A stretch of 64,000 nucleotides of DNA from an uncultured Chloroflexia bacterium (GTDB lineage: Bacteria > Chloroflexota > Limnocylindria > Limnocylindrales > CSP1-4). The position numbers and the translations under genes were made by a program. This document shows positions 52,858-63,236 of the stretch, piece by piece (within the stretch, counting starts at the first letter, position 1; the number at the start of each line of letters is the position of its first letter). Location of the stretch: NCBI GenBank assembly GCA_963763775.1, contig CAVXPZ010000004.1, forward strand, positions 1 through 64,000. The letters run 5' to 3'. The notes below the pieces were generated by a model, which saw only the letters and a program-made list of their open reading frames with translations, searched no databases and was not told the origin of the DNA.

Positions 52858-53768
52858 GCGCCACGACCGAGACCCCTCGCCGCCTGACCGTCGTCGACAT
52901 CGCGAAGCTGTACGCCGACGGCGTGCGCCTCCCGATGCTGACCGCGTACGACTTCCCCACCGCGCAGATCCTCGACGACGCCGGGATCCCGATGCTGCTC
53001 GTCGGCGACTCGCTGGGCCAGGTCCTGCTCGGCTACGAGACGACCGTCCGCGTGACGATGACCGAGATGATCCACCACACGAAGGCCGTGGTGCGCGGAT
53101 CGAAGCGGGCCATGGTCATCGGCGACATGCCGTTCCTCTCGTATTCGACGCCCGAGGACGCGCTGGAGAACGCGGGCATCTTCCTGCGTGACGCGGGCGC
53201 GCAGGCGGTCAAGGTGGAAGGCGGCGTCCGCAGCGCCCGCGTCATCGAAACGCTCGTTCGCGCCGGGATCCCGGTGATGGGCCATATCGGCCTGACACCG
53301 CAGACCATCAATGCGATCGGCCGCGTCCGGGTCCAGGGCAAGAGCCGTGACCAGGCGCGGGCGCTCATCGCGGACGCCCAGGCGGTCCAGGAGGCCGGCG
53401 CCTTCGGCATGGTCCTGGAGCTCGTCCCGGAGCAGCTCGCGGCGGCGATCACCGAGCGGCTCCGGATCCCGACGATCGGCATCGGCGCCGGGGCGGGGTG
53501 CAGCGGACAGGTCCAGGTCATCACCGACCTCATCGGCCTCGGCGACTTCGTCCCCAAGCACGCCCGGCCGTACGCGAACGTCCGCAAGACCATCCTCGAA
53601 TCGGCTCGCGCGTACGCAGCCGAGGTCGCCGCCGGCACGTTCCCGGGCGAGGCCGAGACGGTCCGGATGGACGAGGGCGTCCTCGACGAGGTCCTCGGCC
53701 GCGGCGCCCCCGACCGGGACGCGAGTTTCATCCCCGTCGGCGGGATCCCGCTCGACCGCGATCTGTGA
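52854..53768 (+). CDS. panB: 3-methyl-2-oxobutanoate hydroxymethyltransferase
   Basis: LTAYD, LVGDSLG, DMPF, VKVEGG, GHIGLTPQ, IGIGAG. Confidence 0.97.
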   Translation: MSATTETPRRLTVVDIAKLYADGVRLPMLTAYDFPTAQILDDAGIPMLLVGDSLGQVLLGYETTVRVTMTEMIHHTKAVVRGSKRAMVIGDMPFLSYSTPEDALENAGIFLRDAGAQAVKVEGGVRSARVIETLVRAGIPVMGHIGLTPQTINAIGRVRVQGKSRDQARALIADAQAVQEAGAFGMVLELVPEQLAAAITERLRIPTIGIGAGAGCSGQVQVITDLIGLGDFVPKHARPYANVRKTILESARAYAAEVAAGTFPGEAETVRMDEGVLDEVLGRGAPDRDASFIPVGGIPLDRDL

Positions 53769-53810
53769 TCCCGCCGCCCGGCCCTCGTCGCACTCCCTGA
53801 CCGCACGTCA

Positions 53811-54647
53811 TTGACCCGAGTCCTGCGCACCCGCGCCGAGCTGCGCGAGGCGCTCGCCGACGTTCCGCGGCCGGTCGGCCTCGTGCCGACCATGGGCTGG
53901 CTCCACGACGGCCATCGCGCCCTGATGCGGCGGGCACGAGCCGCGGACGCGACGACCGTCGCGACCATCTTCGTCAACCCGCGTCAATTCAACGTCGCGG
54001 CCGACTTCTCGAGGTACCCCCGGAACGAGGCGCGCGACCTGGAGATCTGTGAGACCGAGGGCGTCGACCTCGTCTGGGCGCCGCCGGTCGACGAGGTCTA
54101 CGTTCCGGGATTCGACACCGCGGTCCACGTCGGCGCGATCGCCGAGCCGCTCGAAGGCGCGGCGCGCCCCGGCCACTTCGACGGCGTGGCGACGGTCGTG
54201 GCGATCCTGTTCGGGCTCGTCGGGGCGGAGCACGCGTACTTCGGCCAGAAGGACGCCCAGCAGGTGATGGTGATCCGCCGCATGGCGCTCGACCTCGCCC
54301 TCCCCACCGAGGTCATCACCTGCCCGACCGAGCGTGAACCCGACGGTCTGGCGCTATCGTCGCGGAACGTGCACCTGACACCGGCCGAGCGGGCCGCCGC
54401 CCCGGTCCTACACCGGGCCCTGCTGGCGGCGAAGGCGATGCGCGACGCCGGCGAGCGCTCCGCCGAGGCCATGCGGATGCGGATGCTCGAGACCATCGCC
54501 ACGGAACCCTTGGCCGAGGTGGACTACGTCTCGGTCGCCGACGGGGTGACGCTGGCCGAGCTGGAGACGGTGGCCGGCGCGGCGCTGTTGTCCCTCGCGG
54601 TCCGCTTCGGCGCGACCCGCCTCATCGACAACGAGCCGCTGCCCTAG
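53811..54647 (+). CDS. panC: pantoate-beta-alanine ligase
   Basis: VPTMGWLHDGH, FVNPRQF, RPGHFDGV, FGQKDAQQ, GLALSSRN, RLIDN. Confidence 0.97.
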   Translation: MTRVLRTRAELREALADVPRPVGLVPTMGWLHDGHRALMRRARAADATTVATIFVNPRQFNVAADFSRYPRNEARDLEICETEGVDLVWAPPVDEVYVPGFDTAVHVGAIAEPLEGAARPGHFDGVATVVAILFGLVGAEHAYFGQKDAQQVMVIRRMALDLALPTEVITCPTEREPDGLALSSRNVHLTPAERAAAPVLHRALLAAKAMRDAGERSAEAMRMRMLETIATEPLAEVDYVSVADGVTLAELETVAGAALLSLAVRFGATRLIDNEPLP

Positions 54648-55744
54648 ACGGCCGCCTCCGTGGCGACGCCGAGGATGCGGTCGATGAAGAGGTACTCCCA
54701 GACGAGCGCCTTGATCTCCTCGATCTTGCCGCGGTCGGCGGGGTGCGTCTTGACCAGCAGGTCGTGGACTTCGGACGCGACCGCGTACGTGTCCTCGGGC
54801 ACCAGCGTGGCGAACACGTCGGCTCGCCGGATCGATTCGATGACCGCGTCGCTCGGCCGGTAGCCGCCCGAGAGGACCAGGCCGAGCGCGTCGGACGTGC
54901 CCTGGCCGTCCCGGCGCGCGCCGACGATCGCCTCGATGACGTCCTCACGGTCGCCCGGCACGATCACGAGGCTGCGCGGCCCGATCCGCTCCAGCATGTG
55001 GTTCGGCTCCATGGCCCCGATCGCGACGCCCCCGATGACCTGGTCCAGGTCCGGGCCGGCGTGCAGGGTCTCGCCGTGCACGCCCTCCAGCACCATCGCG
55101 AGGGTCGGGTTCGAGAGGATCGGCCGGTACGGCAGCACGCCGAGCAACGGGATCCCGTGCCGGGCCAGGCCCAGCTCGAGGGTCCGCGCCAGCCCCGGCT
55201 TCGCGTCCAGGTCGACCTTGTTCACGATGGCGCCGGCGACGTGGACGCCGTGACGCTCGAACAGGGCGGCGTTGAGCACGATCTCGTCGATGGGGCGGCC
55301 GACCCCACCCTCCGAGACGATCACCGCCGGGGCGTCGATCATCGCGGCGACCGCGGCGTTCGAGAGCCCGATCACGGCGCCCACGCCGGCGTGCCCGGTC
55401 CCCTCGATCAGCAGGATGTCGCGGTCGGCCGCGAAGGCGGCGTGGGCGGCCCGGATCCTCGCCCCGAGGTCCTCGACGACCCGGCCCTCGATGTACGCCT
55501 GCGTGAACCCGCGCGGGATGTGCACGGGGCTCATCCGGTCGAGCGGGTCCGCGAGGTCGAACACGCTCTTCATGAGGACCGCGTCCTCGTCGGCCGGGAC
55601 GCCGTCCTCGATGACCGTCCGCTGCCCGACCGGCTTGATGAACCCGGTCGAGAGGCTCCGCCGCTGGAAGCCGTCGAGCATGCCGAGGCTGACCGTGGTC
55701 TTGCCGCGGTTCTGCCCGGTGGCGGCGAGGTAGACGTGGCGCAT
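54644..55744 (-). CDS. BioD-like (AAA_26) + DRTGG domain protein (Pta N-terminal-like)
   Basis: GKTTV, IKPVG, EGTGH, VPGDREDV; no Pta catalytic domain. Confidence 0.85.
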   Translation of the reverse strand: MRHVYLAATGQNRGKTTVSLGMLDGFQRRSLSTGFIKPVGQRTVIEDGVPADEDAVLMKSVFDLADPLDRMSPVHIPRGFTQAYIEGRVVEDLGARIRAAHAAFAADRDILLIEGTGHAGVGAVIGLSNAAVAAMIDAPAVIVSEGGVGRPIDEIVLNAALFERHGVHVAGAIVNKVDLDAKPGLARTLELGLARHGIPLLGVLPYRPILSNPTLAMVLEGVHGETLHAGPDLDQVIGGVAIGAMEPNHMLERIGPRSLVIVPGDREDVIEAIVGARRDGQGTSDALGLVLSGGYRPSDAVIESIRRADVFATLVPEDTYAVASEVHDLLVKTHPADRGKIEEIKALVWEYLFIDRILGVATEAAV

Positions 55745-55810
55745 CAGCCGGTCCGATGCACGGAGCGAACGTGTCCGGTCATCGGTCCGCGGCGCCCCGC
55801 GTGCGCGACC

Positions 55811-56416
55811 TCAGCCGTGCGAGGCGGTCTTGCGCTCGATGAGCGCGATGGCGTCGCGGAGGCGCGAGAGGGTCTCGGCGTCGACGGCGTCGGGCTCGAG
55901 ATACGGTCCGAGGCGCTCCATGATGTCCGCGACCAGCCCGAGGAAGACGCTCGCGTCGGCCACGAAGAACTGCGGCTCGTTGTTGTAGCGCACGAGCGTC
56001 AGCCGGCCCTGGAGGACGCGCCGCTCCTCGACATGGGCGATCTGCGTCGCGAAGTTGTGGCCCTGGATGCCGTCCGGGTTGTTCAGGAAGTTCAGGGCGT
56101 TGTCGATCGCGAGCCCGAACCGCGCGCGCCAGGCGACGAGTCGCTCGTGGACCTCGGAGGGGATCCGGACTTCGGCGACCTCGTCGAACACCTCGGGCGC
56201 CACCGTCAGCAGGCCGACGAGCGTGGTGCCGGCGCGCGGCCCGAGCATCACCTGGAGGCTGCGCTCGAGGGTGAACACCTCGGAGTCGAAGCGCGGGCTC
56301 GTGATGACGTCGGTCAGCAGGTCCTCGACGTTGTCGAGGATGCCGGGCTCCGCGACGGCATTCGAGAGGTGGAGGATCTCCTCCTTGAACAGGAACTTCT
56401 CTTCATGATCGAGCAT
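55811..56416 (-). CDS. hypothetical protein
   Basis: TACCAT-7nt-ATG start; strong codon bias; no recognised family. Confidence 0.75.
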   Translation of the reverse strand: MLDHEEKFLFKEEILHLSNAVAEPGILDNVEDLLTDVITSPRFDSEVFTLERSLQVMLGPRAGTTLVGLLTVAPEVFDEVAEVRIPSEVHERLVAWRARFGLAIDNALNFLNNPDGIQGHNFATQIAHVEERRVLQGRLTLVRYNNEPQFFVADASVFLGLVADIMERLGPYLEPDAVDAETLSRLRDAIALIERKTASHG

Positions 56417-56517
56417 GGCGGCGATGGTAGCACCGTGCCGCTGCGGCTCCGCGGGTGCGACCTCGGGCGTTGCGTCGGCCGCGATCCGTCCGGGGGAGGA
56501 GGCCGTATCATCGCGGC

Positions 56518-57558
56518 ATGCATAGCCCACGCGCTGCGACCATCCGGCGACGATCGCGCAAGGTGCTCAAGGGCGGCATCGACGCGGGCCGCCGGCTGAC
56601 CCGGCGGCTGCCGATCGGCGGACGGTCCGAGCCGGCGCCCGAGCAGAAGAAGTGGCTCGGCTCAGCCGACGTCCTCGATCGATACCTCGTGGCGGGCTAC
56701 CAGAACCCGCGGCTCAACGTCCAGAGCATCCTCGTCCGCCACGTCCTCCTCGCCGACATCCTCGGCGATCGAGATCGGACGCTCATGGAGGACGAGATCC
56801 GGTTCGCGATCGACCTCAACGAGACGCTCCGACTTCGGGCGGCGGAGCTCGGCGTCACGATGGGCGTGTTCCGGGATCCGGAGAAGCTCGCGGCCGTGGA
56901 GCGGGTGAGCGCCGCGGTCGCCGACCAGGACCGCGTCTTCGTCGACCGCTGGCGCGACGAGGTCCGTGACGTGCAGGCCGGTCGGATCCCGGTGCTCGAA
57001 TTCGCCTGCGGCTCCGCCGACGACTACCGGACGTTCGCGGAGTGCGGTCTCGGGCGGTGCCTGTGCTACGTCGGCATCGACCTCAGCCCGCTGAACATCG
57101 ACAACGCCCGGCGCCGCCACCCGGAGGCTCGCTTCGAGGTCGACGACATCCTCGCGCTGCCGTTCGAGGACCGGAGCTACGACCACGTCATCGCCGCGGA
57201 CATCTTCGAGCACCTCCCGCCCGACGCGTTCCGGCGAGCCATCGACGAGGCCGGCCGGATGGCCCGCCGTGCCCTGGTGTTCACCTTCTTCAACATGGCC
57301 GACATCCCCGAGCACGAGATCCGCCCGATGCGGTCGTATCACCGGAACCTGCTCAGCCGCGCTCGGATCGAGGAGCAGGTCCGCGCGCTCGGGTTCGAGA
57401 ACGTCCTGTCCATCCCGATCGCCCCATGGCTGGAGACGAGCTACGGGTATCCCCACTCGTACAACCCGAACGCGTGGACGATCATCGCCGAGCGCCAGGC
57501 CGAGCTGATCCCACGCCTCCCGCACCGGTGGGACGAGGGGGCGGGCACCCCGACATGA
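56518..57558 (+). CDS. class I SAM-dependent methyltransferase
   Basis: VLEFACGS, YVGIDLS, DILALPFEDRSYD, DIFEHL. Confidence 0.85.
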   Translation: MHSPRAATIRRRSRKVLKGGIDAGRRLTRRLPIGGRSEPAPEQKKWLGSADVLDRYLVAGYQNPRLNVQSILVRHVLLADILGDRDRTLMEDEIRFAIDLNETLRLRAAELGVTMGVFRDPEKLAAVERVSAAVADQDRVFVDRWRDEVRDVQAGRIPVLEFACGSADDYRTFAECGLGRCLCYVGIDLSPLNIDNARRRHPEARFEVDDILALPFEDRSYDHVIAADIFEHLPPDAFRRAIDEAGRMARRALVFTFFNMADIPEHEIRPMRSYHRNLLSRARIEEQVRALGFENVLSIPIAPWLETSYGYPHSYNPNAWTIIAERQAELIPRLPHRWDEGAGTPT

Positions 57559-57563
57559 CATGA

Positions 57564-57593
57564 CGAGACCCCGGCCGGTCGGCCGGGGTCTCG
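57564..57593. terminator. hairpin between convergent genes (likely bidirectional terminator)
   Basis: CGAGACCCCGGCC..GGCCGGGGTCTCG. Confidence 0.6.
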
Positions 57594-57615
57594 GTCGGTG
57601 CAGCGGAAGCTTCGA

Positions 57616-58881
57616 TTACGGGTACAGGCCGCGCATGTCCATCGCGTCGGCCACGCGCTTGACCGCCAGCAGGTATGCGGCGGTCCGCATGTTCACCTGC
57701 TCGCGCTTGGCCATGGTGAGGGTCTCCCCGAACGCCTTGACCATGATCTCGCGCAACTTCTCGTTGACGACGGTCTCGCTCCAGTGGTCCCGGTTGAGGT
57801 CCTGGACCCACTCGAAGTAGCTGACCGTGACGCCGCCGGCGTTGCACAGGATGTCCGGGATCATGAAGACCCCGTTCTGGTAGAGGATCTCGTCGGCCTC
57901 GGGGGTCGTCGGGCCGTTCGCCGCTTCGGCGACGAGCCTGGCCTTGACGTTGCCCGCGTTGCGCGACGTGATCTGGTTCTCGAGGGCCGCCGGGATGAGG
58001 ATGTCGCAGTCGACCTCCAGCACCGCGGCGTTCGAGATGTCGGTCGCGCCCGGGAAGCCCTGGACGGTGCCGTGCTCGCCCTTCCACGCGATGACCTTGC
58101 CGATGTCGAGACCGCCCGGGGCGTGGATGCCGCCGGTCGAGTCGGACACGGCCACGACGGTCGCCCCCTCATCCGAGATGAGGCGTGCGGCGATCGAGCC
58201 GGCGTTGCCGAAGCCCTGGATCGCGACACGGGACTTCCCGAGGTCGATCCCGAGATGGCGCGCCGCCTCGATGACGCAGAAGACCGTCCCACGGGCCGTG
58301 GCCTCATTGCGGCCTTCCGACCCGCCGAGGCTGATCGGCTTGCCGGTGACCACGCCCGGGACGGTGTAGCCGGCATGCATGGAGTACGTGTCCATCATCC
58401 AGGCCATGATCTGGGCATTGGTGTTGACGTCCGGTGCCGGGATGTCCTTCTCGGGGCCGACGAGGACCTCGATCTCGGTGAAGAACCGGCGCGTCAGGCC
58501 CTCGAGCTCCTTCTGGCTGAGCTTCTTGGGGTCGACGATGACGCCGCCCTTGCCGCCGCCGTACGGGATGCCGACGACCGCGCACTTCCACGTCATCCAC
58601 ATCGCGAGGGCCTTGACCTCGTCGAGGGAGACGTTCTGGTGGTAGCGGATGCCGCCCTTGGCCGGACCCCGGCCGAGGTTGTGCTGGACGCGGTAGCCGG
58701 TGAAGACCTGGACCGACCCGTCGTCCATGTGGACGGGGAAATGGACGGTGAACTCGCGGCGCGGCTCGCGCAGGACCAGGCGCATGCCCGGGTCCAGGCC
58801 AAGTCGTTCGGCGGCGAGGTCGAACTGTCGCTGGGCGACTTCCCACGCGTTGATCGCGGCAGCGACGTGCTCGGTGGTCAT
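57616..58881 (-). CDS. gdhA: Glu/Leu/Phe/Val dehydrogenase (glutamate dehydrogenase)
   Basis: GPAKGGIRY, GGGKGG, PAPDVNT, VTGKP, QGFGNAG, NAGGVTVSYFEW. Confidence 0.93.
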   Translation of the reverse strand: MTTEHVAAAINAWEVAQRQFDLAAERLGLDPGMRLVLREPRREFTVHFPVHMDDGSVQVFTGYRVQHNLGRGPAKGGIRYHQNVSLDEVKALAMWMTWKCAVVGIPYGGGKGGVIVDPKKLSQKELEGLTRRFFTEIEVLVGPEKDIPAPDVNTNAQIMAWMMDTYSMHAGYTVPGVVTGKPISLGGSEGRNEATARGTVFCVIEAARHLGIDLGKSRVAIQGFGNAGSIAARLISDEGATVVAVSDSTGGIHAPGGLDIGKVIAWKGEHGTVQGFPGATDISNAAVLEVDCDILIPAALENQITSRNAGNVKARLVAEAANGPTTPEADEILYQNGVFMIPDILCNAGGVTVSYFEWVQDLNRDHWSETVVNEKLREIMVKAFGETLTMAKREQVNMRTAAYLLAVKRVADAMDMRGLYP

Positions 58882-59138
58882 GGAGCGGAGAACCTCCGTC
58901 TCGGGCGGCACTCCAAGGCCGCCTCGTCGGTGTGGGTCGTCTCCCGGACGACCCCACGGGGCGCATCGGTCGGGTCATGACGGAGTGGCCGATCCGACGG
59001 TGCGCGACTCATTTCCACGGCCGAGTATAGCCCGGCTCGGTCATCTGTCGCCCGCTCGATGGTACCGGTCGGCAAACTTGCCGCAACCATCTCGCAATGT
59101 TCGGGTCGAGGACGGTCCGCTCGCCGGGCCAGGGCCGG

Positions 59139-59990
59139 CTACGACCGATAGAGGATCGCCGCCCCGAGGCAGCCGGGCCCGATATGCGGGCCGACCGAGG
59201 CGCCCACCAGGTGGATCGAGACGTCCGCCGGATCGAGGCCGCCCGGCGCCCGGGCAAGGACCTCGTCGCGGAACCCCTCGACGTCCGGGGTCACCGTGTG
59301 GAGGATGGCGAGGCGCTCGATCGGCGCCTGGCAGATGAGGTCGATGACCCGCTCGCGCGCCTTCGCGCGAGTGCGGACGCGGTCGGCGGTCTCCACGACC
59401 CCATGCTTCACGGCGATGATCGGTTTGACCGACAGGAGGGTCCCGATCGCGGCCTGGGCGCCGGAGATCCGTCCGCCCTTCTTGAGGTACTCGAGCGTCT
59501 CGAGTGCCACGTACATCCGCTCGTCGAGCGCCCGCCGCTCGAGGATCTCGGCGATCTCGGCCGCCGCCCGGCCCTCGGCGGCGTACTCGATCCCCATCCG
59601 GGCCAGGATCCCCTGCGCCATGGAGGCACCGAGCGAGTCGACGACGTGGATCTCGCGGTCCGGGAGCATGTCGCGAGCGATCTGGGCGCTCTTGATCGTC
59701 CCCGAGAGGGTGCCGGCGACATGGACCGAGACGATGGCCTCGGCGCCATCGGAGAAGGCCGCTTCGTAGGCCTCCTTGAACTCGCCCGGCGAGGATGCCG
59801 CGGTCGTCGGGAATGGCGCGTCGGGCGCGACCATCCGCTCCCAGAACGCCTCGGCTGAGAGGTCGACACCGGCCTTGAAGGTCTCGGCGCCGAAGTTGAC
59901 GAGCAGCGGGACGATGTGGATCCCCTGGGCCGCCGCCTCCGCCGGGTCGAGGTCGGATGCGGAATCGGTGAAGATCGCGACGCGGCTCAA
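59139..59990 (-). CDS. DegV family fatty-acid-binding protein
   Basis: IFTDSASDL, PTT, LSGT, VVDS, YLKKGGRI, HIGPG; TTG start after GGAGG. Confidence 0.93.
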   Translation of the reverse strand: MSRVAIFTDSASDLDPAEAAAQGIHIVPLLVNFGAETFKAGVDLSAEAFWERMVAPDAPFPTTAASSPGEFKEAYEAAFSDGAEAIVSVHVAGTLSGTIKSAQIARDMLPDREIHVVDSLGASMAQGILARMGIEYAAEGRAAAEIAEILERRALDERMYVALETLEYLKKGGRISGAQAAIGTLLSVKPIIAVKHGVVETADRVRTRAKARERVIDLICQAPIERLAILHTVTPDVEGFRDEVLARAPGGLDPADVSIHLVGASVGPHIGPGCLGAAILYRS

Positions 59991-60118
59991 GGCTTCCTCC
60001 CAGACGGTCGACCCGGACGTTGCGGGCATGATACGGGCCGGGTCCAGCCCGCTCGAGCCTGCGGCGACGGTCGAGGCCGCAGTGCCCGCCGCCCGGACAA
60101 GCCGTTACCCTGTCCGCC

Positions 60119-61399
60119 ATGGATCGATCCCTGCGGGCGGTGCTGCTCGGCACGTTCACCCTCCGGTTCAGCACCGGCCTCACCGGGTCCATGCTCGCGT
60201 TCTACCTCGCCCATCTCCAGGACCACGGCGGACCCGCCGTCGACGGCACGATCGTCGGCCTGTACGCGGCCCTGTTCTACCTCACCGAGCTGGTCCTCTC
60301 GCCGCTCTTCGGCATCCTCTCGGACCGCTTCGGTCACCACCGGGTCATGACGTTCGGGCCGGTGTTCGGCGGGGTCGCGGTCGTCCTGACCGGCCTCACG
60401 ACGAACCTCTTCCTGCTCGGCGGCACGCGCATCCTCGAAGGGGCGTCGAGCGCGGCGAGCGTCCCGTCCATCCTCGGCTTCATCGCCCTCGCGACGGCCG
60501 GCAACGAGGTCATGCGAGGCAAGATGGCGGCCCGGTTCGAGGCCGCGACGCTCGCCGGGCTCGGCGCCGGCGCCATCGTCGGCGTGAAGCTCTTCGAGAT
60601 CGTCGGCCCCGTCGCCTTCTTCCTGAACGCGGCGCTGTATGGCGTGTCGTGGGCGATCTACCGATTCGGGGTCAAGGACCCCGCCGGCGAGACCGAGTCG
60701 ATGGCCGGCGAACACGTCCACGTCGGCCGCTATCTGGAGCTGATCCGCACCTCGCATGTGTGGCTGCTGGCGCCGACGTGGATCGCGGTGAATGCCGCCA
60801 TCGGCGTGTGGCTGAGCCAGTCCGTCTTCCAGCTGGCGAAGGGCGACCCGCGCTTCCCCGACCAGGCGCTGATGGTCGGCTTCACGGCGAACCAGATCAC
60901 GATCGGGGCGATCGTCATCGCCGGCGTCTTCGGGGCCGGCCTGATCTACTGGGGCAACCGGTTCAAGTCGCTCCGCCGCACGACGATCATCGGGTATGGC
61001 GTCGCGGGCGGCGTCGCCCTCGTCGTGGCCGGGCTCGTCGTGAACCACGTCGCCACGGTCGCGCCGCTGATCGCCGTGGTGGCCGCCGTCGTCGCGGCGA
61101 TCGGCCTCTTCGTGCTCGCCGGCGCGACACCGGCGGCGCTCGGCCTGCTCGCCGACATGTCCGAGCGGTTCCCCTCGGATCGCGGCGCGATCATGGGCCT
61201 CTACTCGGTGTTCCTGGCGCTCGGCCAGATCACGGGCAGCCTGATCGGGGGTGTCGCGGCCGACTGGCGCGGCATCGACGGGATGTTCATCGCGACGCTC
61301 ATCCTGCTCGGCATCGCCGTCGTGCCGCTGGCCCAGCTCCGCACGCAGGAGCATCAGCTCGACGGGTCGGCGCCGAGGGCGGCCGAACCCTCCACGTGA
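60119..61399 (+). CDS. MFS transporter
   Basis: GILSDRFGHHR (MFS motif A); ~12 TM segments. Confidence 0.9.
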   Translation: MDRSLRAVLLGTFTLRFSTGLTGSMLAFYLAHLQDHGGPAVDGTIVGLYAALFYLTELVLSPLFGILSDRFGHHRVMTFGPVFGGVAVVLTGLTTNLFLLGGTRILEGASSAASVPSILGFIALATAGNEVMRGKMAARFEAATLAGLGAGAIVGVKLFEIVGPVAFFLNAALYGVSWAIYRFGVKDPAGETESMAGEHVHVGRYLELIRTSHVWLLAPTWIAVNAAIGVWLSQSVFQLAKGDPRFPDQALMVGFTANQITIGAIVIAGVFGAGLIYWGNRFKSLRRTTIIGYGVAGGVALVVAGLVVNHVATVAPLIAVVAAVVAAIGLFVLAGATPAALGLLADMSERFPSDRGAIMGLYSVFLALGQITGSLIGGVAADWRGIDGMFIATLILLGIAVVPLAQLRTQEHQLDGSAPRAAEPST

Positions 61400-63081
61400 C
61401 TACTGAGCGGCCCTGGGCGCCGGTCCCGCTGGTCCGCGGCGCGCATGGGGCCGTGGTGGCGCCACACCATCTCGCGACGGCCGCTGGGCTGGAGATCCTG
61501 CGGGCGGGGGGCACCGCCATCGATGCGGCGATCGCCACCAACGCCGCGCTGGCCGTGGTGATGCCCAACGGCTGCGGGGTCGGCGGCGACGCGTTCTGGC
61601 TGACCTGGGACGCGGCGACCGGGCGACAGGCCGCGCTCAACGGGTCCGGTCGCGCCGGAGGCCGCGCCGACGCCGCGTTCCTGCGGGCGAGCGGGCTCCG
61701 GACGCTCCCCCTTCGCGGACCGCTGTCGATCACGGTGCCTGGCGCGGTCCGGTCGTGGGGCGACGCGCACCGCGCCGGGGGACGGTTGAGTCGCGACCGG
61801 ATCCTCGCACCGGCCATCGAGCTCGCTCGTGCCGGGTTCCCTGCCTGGGACGGGTTCATCGACGCGGTGGAGCGCACCGCACCGCTCGTGGCGGACGCCC
61901 TCGGGCCGTCGGCGGGCTTCTTCGCGGTGTACCGGCCGCACGGACGGGCCTGGCGACCGGGCGAGCGGGTGCGACTGCCGGCACTCGCGGCCACGCTCGG
62001 GACGCTGGCCCGCGACGGCTTCGATGCCTTCTACGACGGCGATCTGGGCGATCGGCAGGCTCGAGCGCTCGAGGACGTCGGGGCGATGGTCACGCTCGGG
62101 GACCTGCGGGCACACACGTCGACCCCTGGCGAGCCCATCTCGATCGACTACCGCGGCGTCCGCGTCACGACGCACCCGCCCAACAGCTCGGGCGTGGTCG
62201 CGCTCGAGCTCCTCTCGATCCTCTCGGCGCTCGAGCCGCCTGCCGCGTCGGCGTTCGGCCCGGCGGGCGTGACCGACCCGCGCTGGATCCACCTGGGGAT
62301 CGAGGCCGCGAAGCTCGCGATGGCGGACCGCGACGCGTTCGTCACCGACCCGGCGTTCGAGGACGTGCCCGTGGAGCGACTGCTGTCCGCGTCGCACGGG
62401 GCCGAGCTCGCCGGCCGCATCGACCCGCGCCGCGCGGCCGTCCCGCCAGCCTCGGCGCATCCGATCGGCGGCGGCACGATCTACCTCGCCACCGTCGACG
62501 CGGACGGGAACGCGGTCAGCCTGATCGAGTCCAACTACCTGGGGTTCGGCTCGGGAGTCGTGGACCCGGACACGGGCATCCATTACCAGAACCGTGGCTC
62601 GTACTTCAGCCTGGATCCGGGCCATCCGAACCGGCTGGAGCCCGGCAAGCGGACGCTCCACACGCTGCTCCCCGGGATGCTGTTCCGGGACCGAGCGGAT
62701 GGCTCGCGCAGCGGCGCCCCGTGGGTCGTCGCAGGATCGATGGGCGGCGACGCCCAGCCGCAGATCCACGCCCAGCTCGTGTCGGCGCTCGTCGACGGCG
62801 GCGTCGACATCGCCACCGCCGTCGCGGCGCCGCGCTGGTTCGTGGAACCTGCGGAGCACTTCGCGCCGCCCGTCGAGGTCCGGCTCGAGCCACGGCTGGC
62901 GGCCGGGGTCGCCGAGGCGCTGACGGAGCTGGGCCACCCGGTGACGCTCGTGGAGGCATTCGACTCGAACCTCGGGCACGAGCACGCGATCGAGCTGGTG
63001 GCGGGCGGTCCGGCCGCGTCGGACGGCTCGCTCGCGGCCGCGACGGACCCTCGCAGCGCCGGCCTTCCAGCCGTCTGGTAA
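61396..63081 (+). CDS. ggt: gamma-glutamyltransferase family protein
   Basis: GGTAIDAAIA, GVGGDAF, TVPGAV, PPNSSG, T-nucleophile TIY..VDADGN, QNRG, PGKR, MGGDAQPQ, DPRS. Confidence 0.92.
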   Translation: MTTERPWAPVPLVRGAHGAVVAPHHLATAAGLEILRAGGTAIDAAIATNAALAVVMPNGCGVGGDAFWLTWDAATGRQAALNGSGRAGGRADAAFLRASGLRTLPLRGPLSITVPGAVRSWGDAHRAGGRLSRDRILAPAIELARAGFPAWDGFIDAVERTAPLVADALGPSAGFFAVYRPHGRAWRPGERVRLPALAATLGTLARDGFDAFYDGDLGDRQARALEDVGAMVTLGDLRAHTSTPGEPISIDYRGVRVTTHPPNSSGVVALELLSILSALEPPAASAFGPAGVTDPRWIHLGIEAAKLAMADRDAFVTDPAFEDVPVERLLSASHGAELAGRIDPRRAAVPPASAHPIGGGTIYLATVDADGNAVSLIESNYLGFGSGVVDPDTGIHYQNRGSYFSLDPGHPNRLEPGKRTLHTLLPGMLFRDRADGSRSGAPWVVAGSMGGDAQPQIHAQLVSALVDGGVDIATAVAAPRWFVEPAEHFAPPVEVRLEPRLAAGVAEALTELGHPVTLVEAFDSNLGHEHAIELVAGGPAASDGSLAAATDPRSAGLPAVW

Positions 63082-63236
63082 CGCACCGGAGGGACCTTGG
63101 GGGCGGTCCGGCCGGTCCGTTCGGACGAGGGCTCGCGGCAGGTTCGCCGGGTATACTCGCCCCGCCGGTGGCAGGCTGCGCTCACACGACGCCGCCACCG
63201 GCGTTGCCGTCCGACGGGCGATCAGCGGAGGGGTTC

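Noticed and set aside
59776-61395. N-terminal half of the 1101-aa ORF suggesting a giant GGT
   Set aside because: It overlaps the MFS gene in another frame; GGT starts at GTG 61396.
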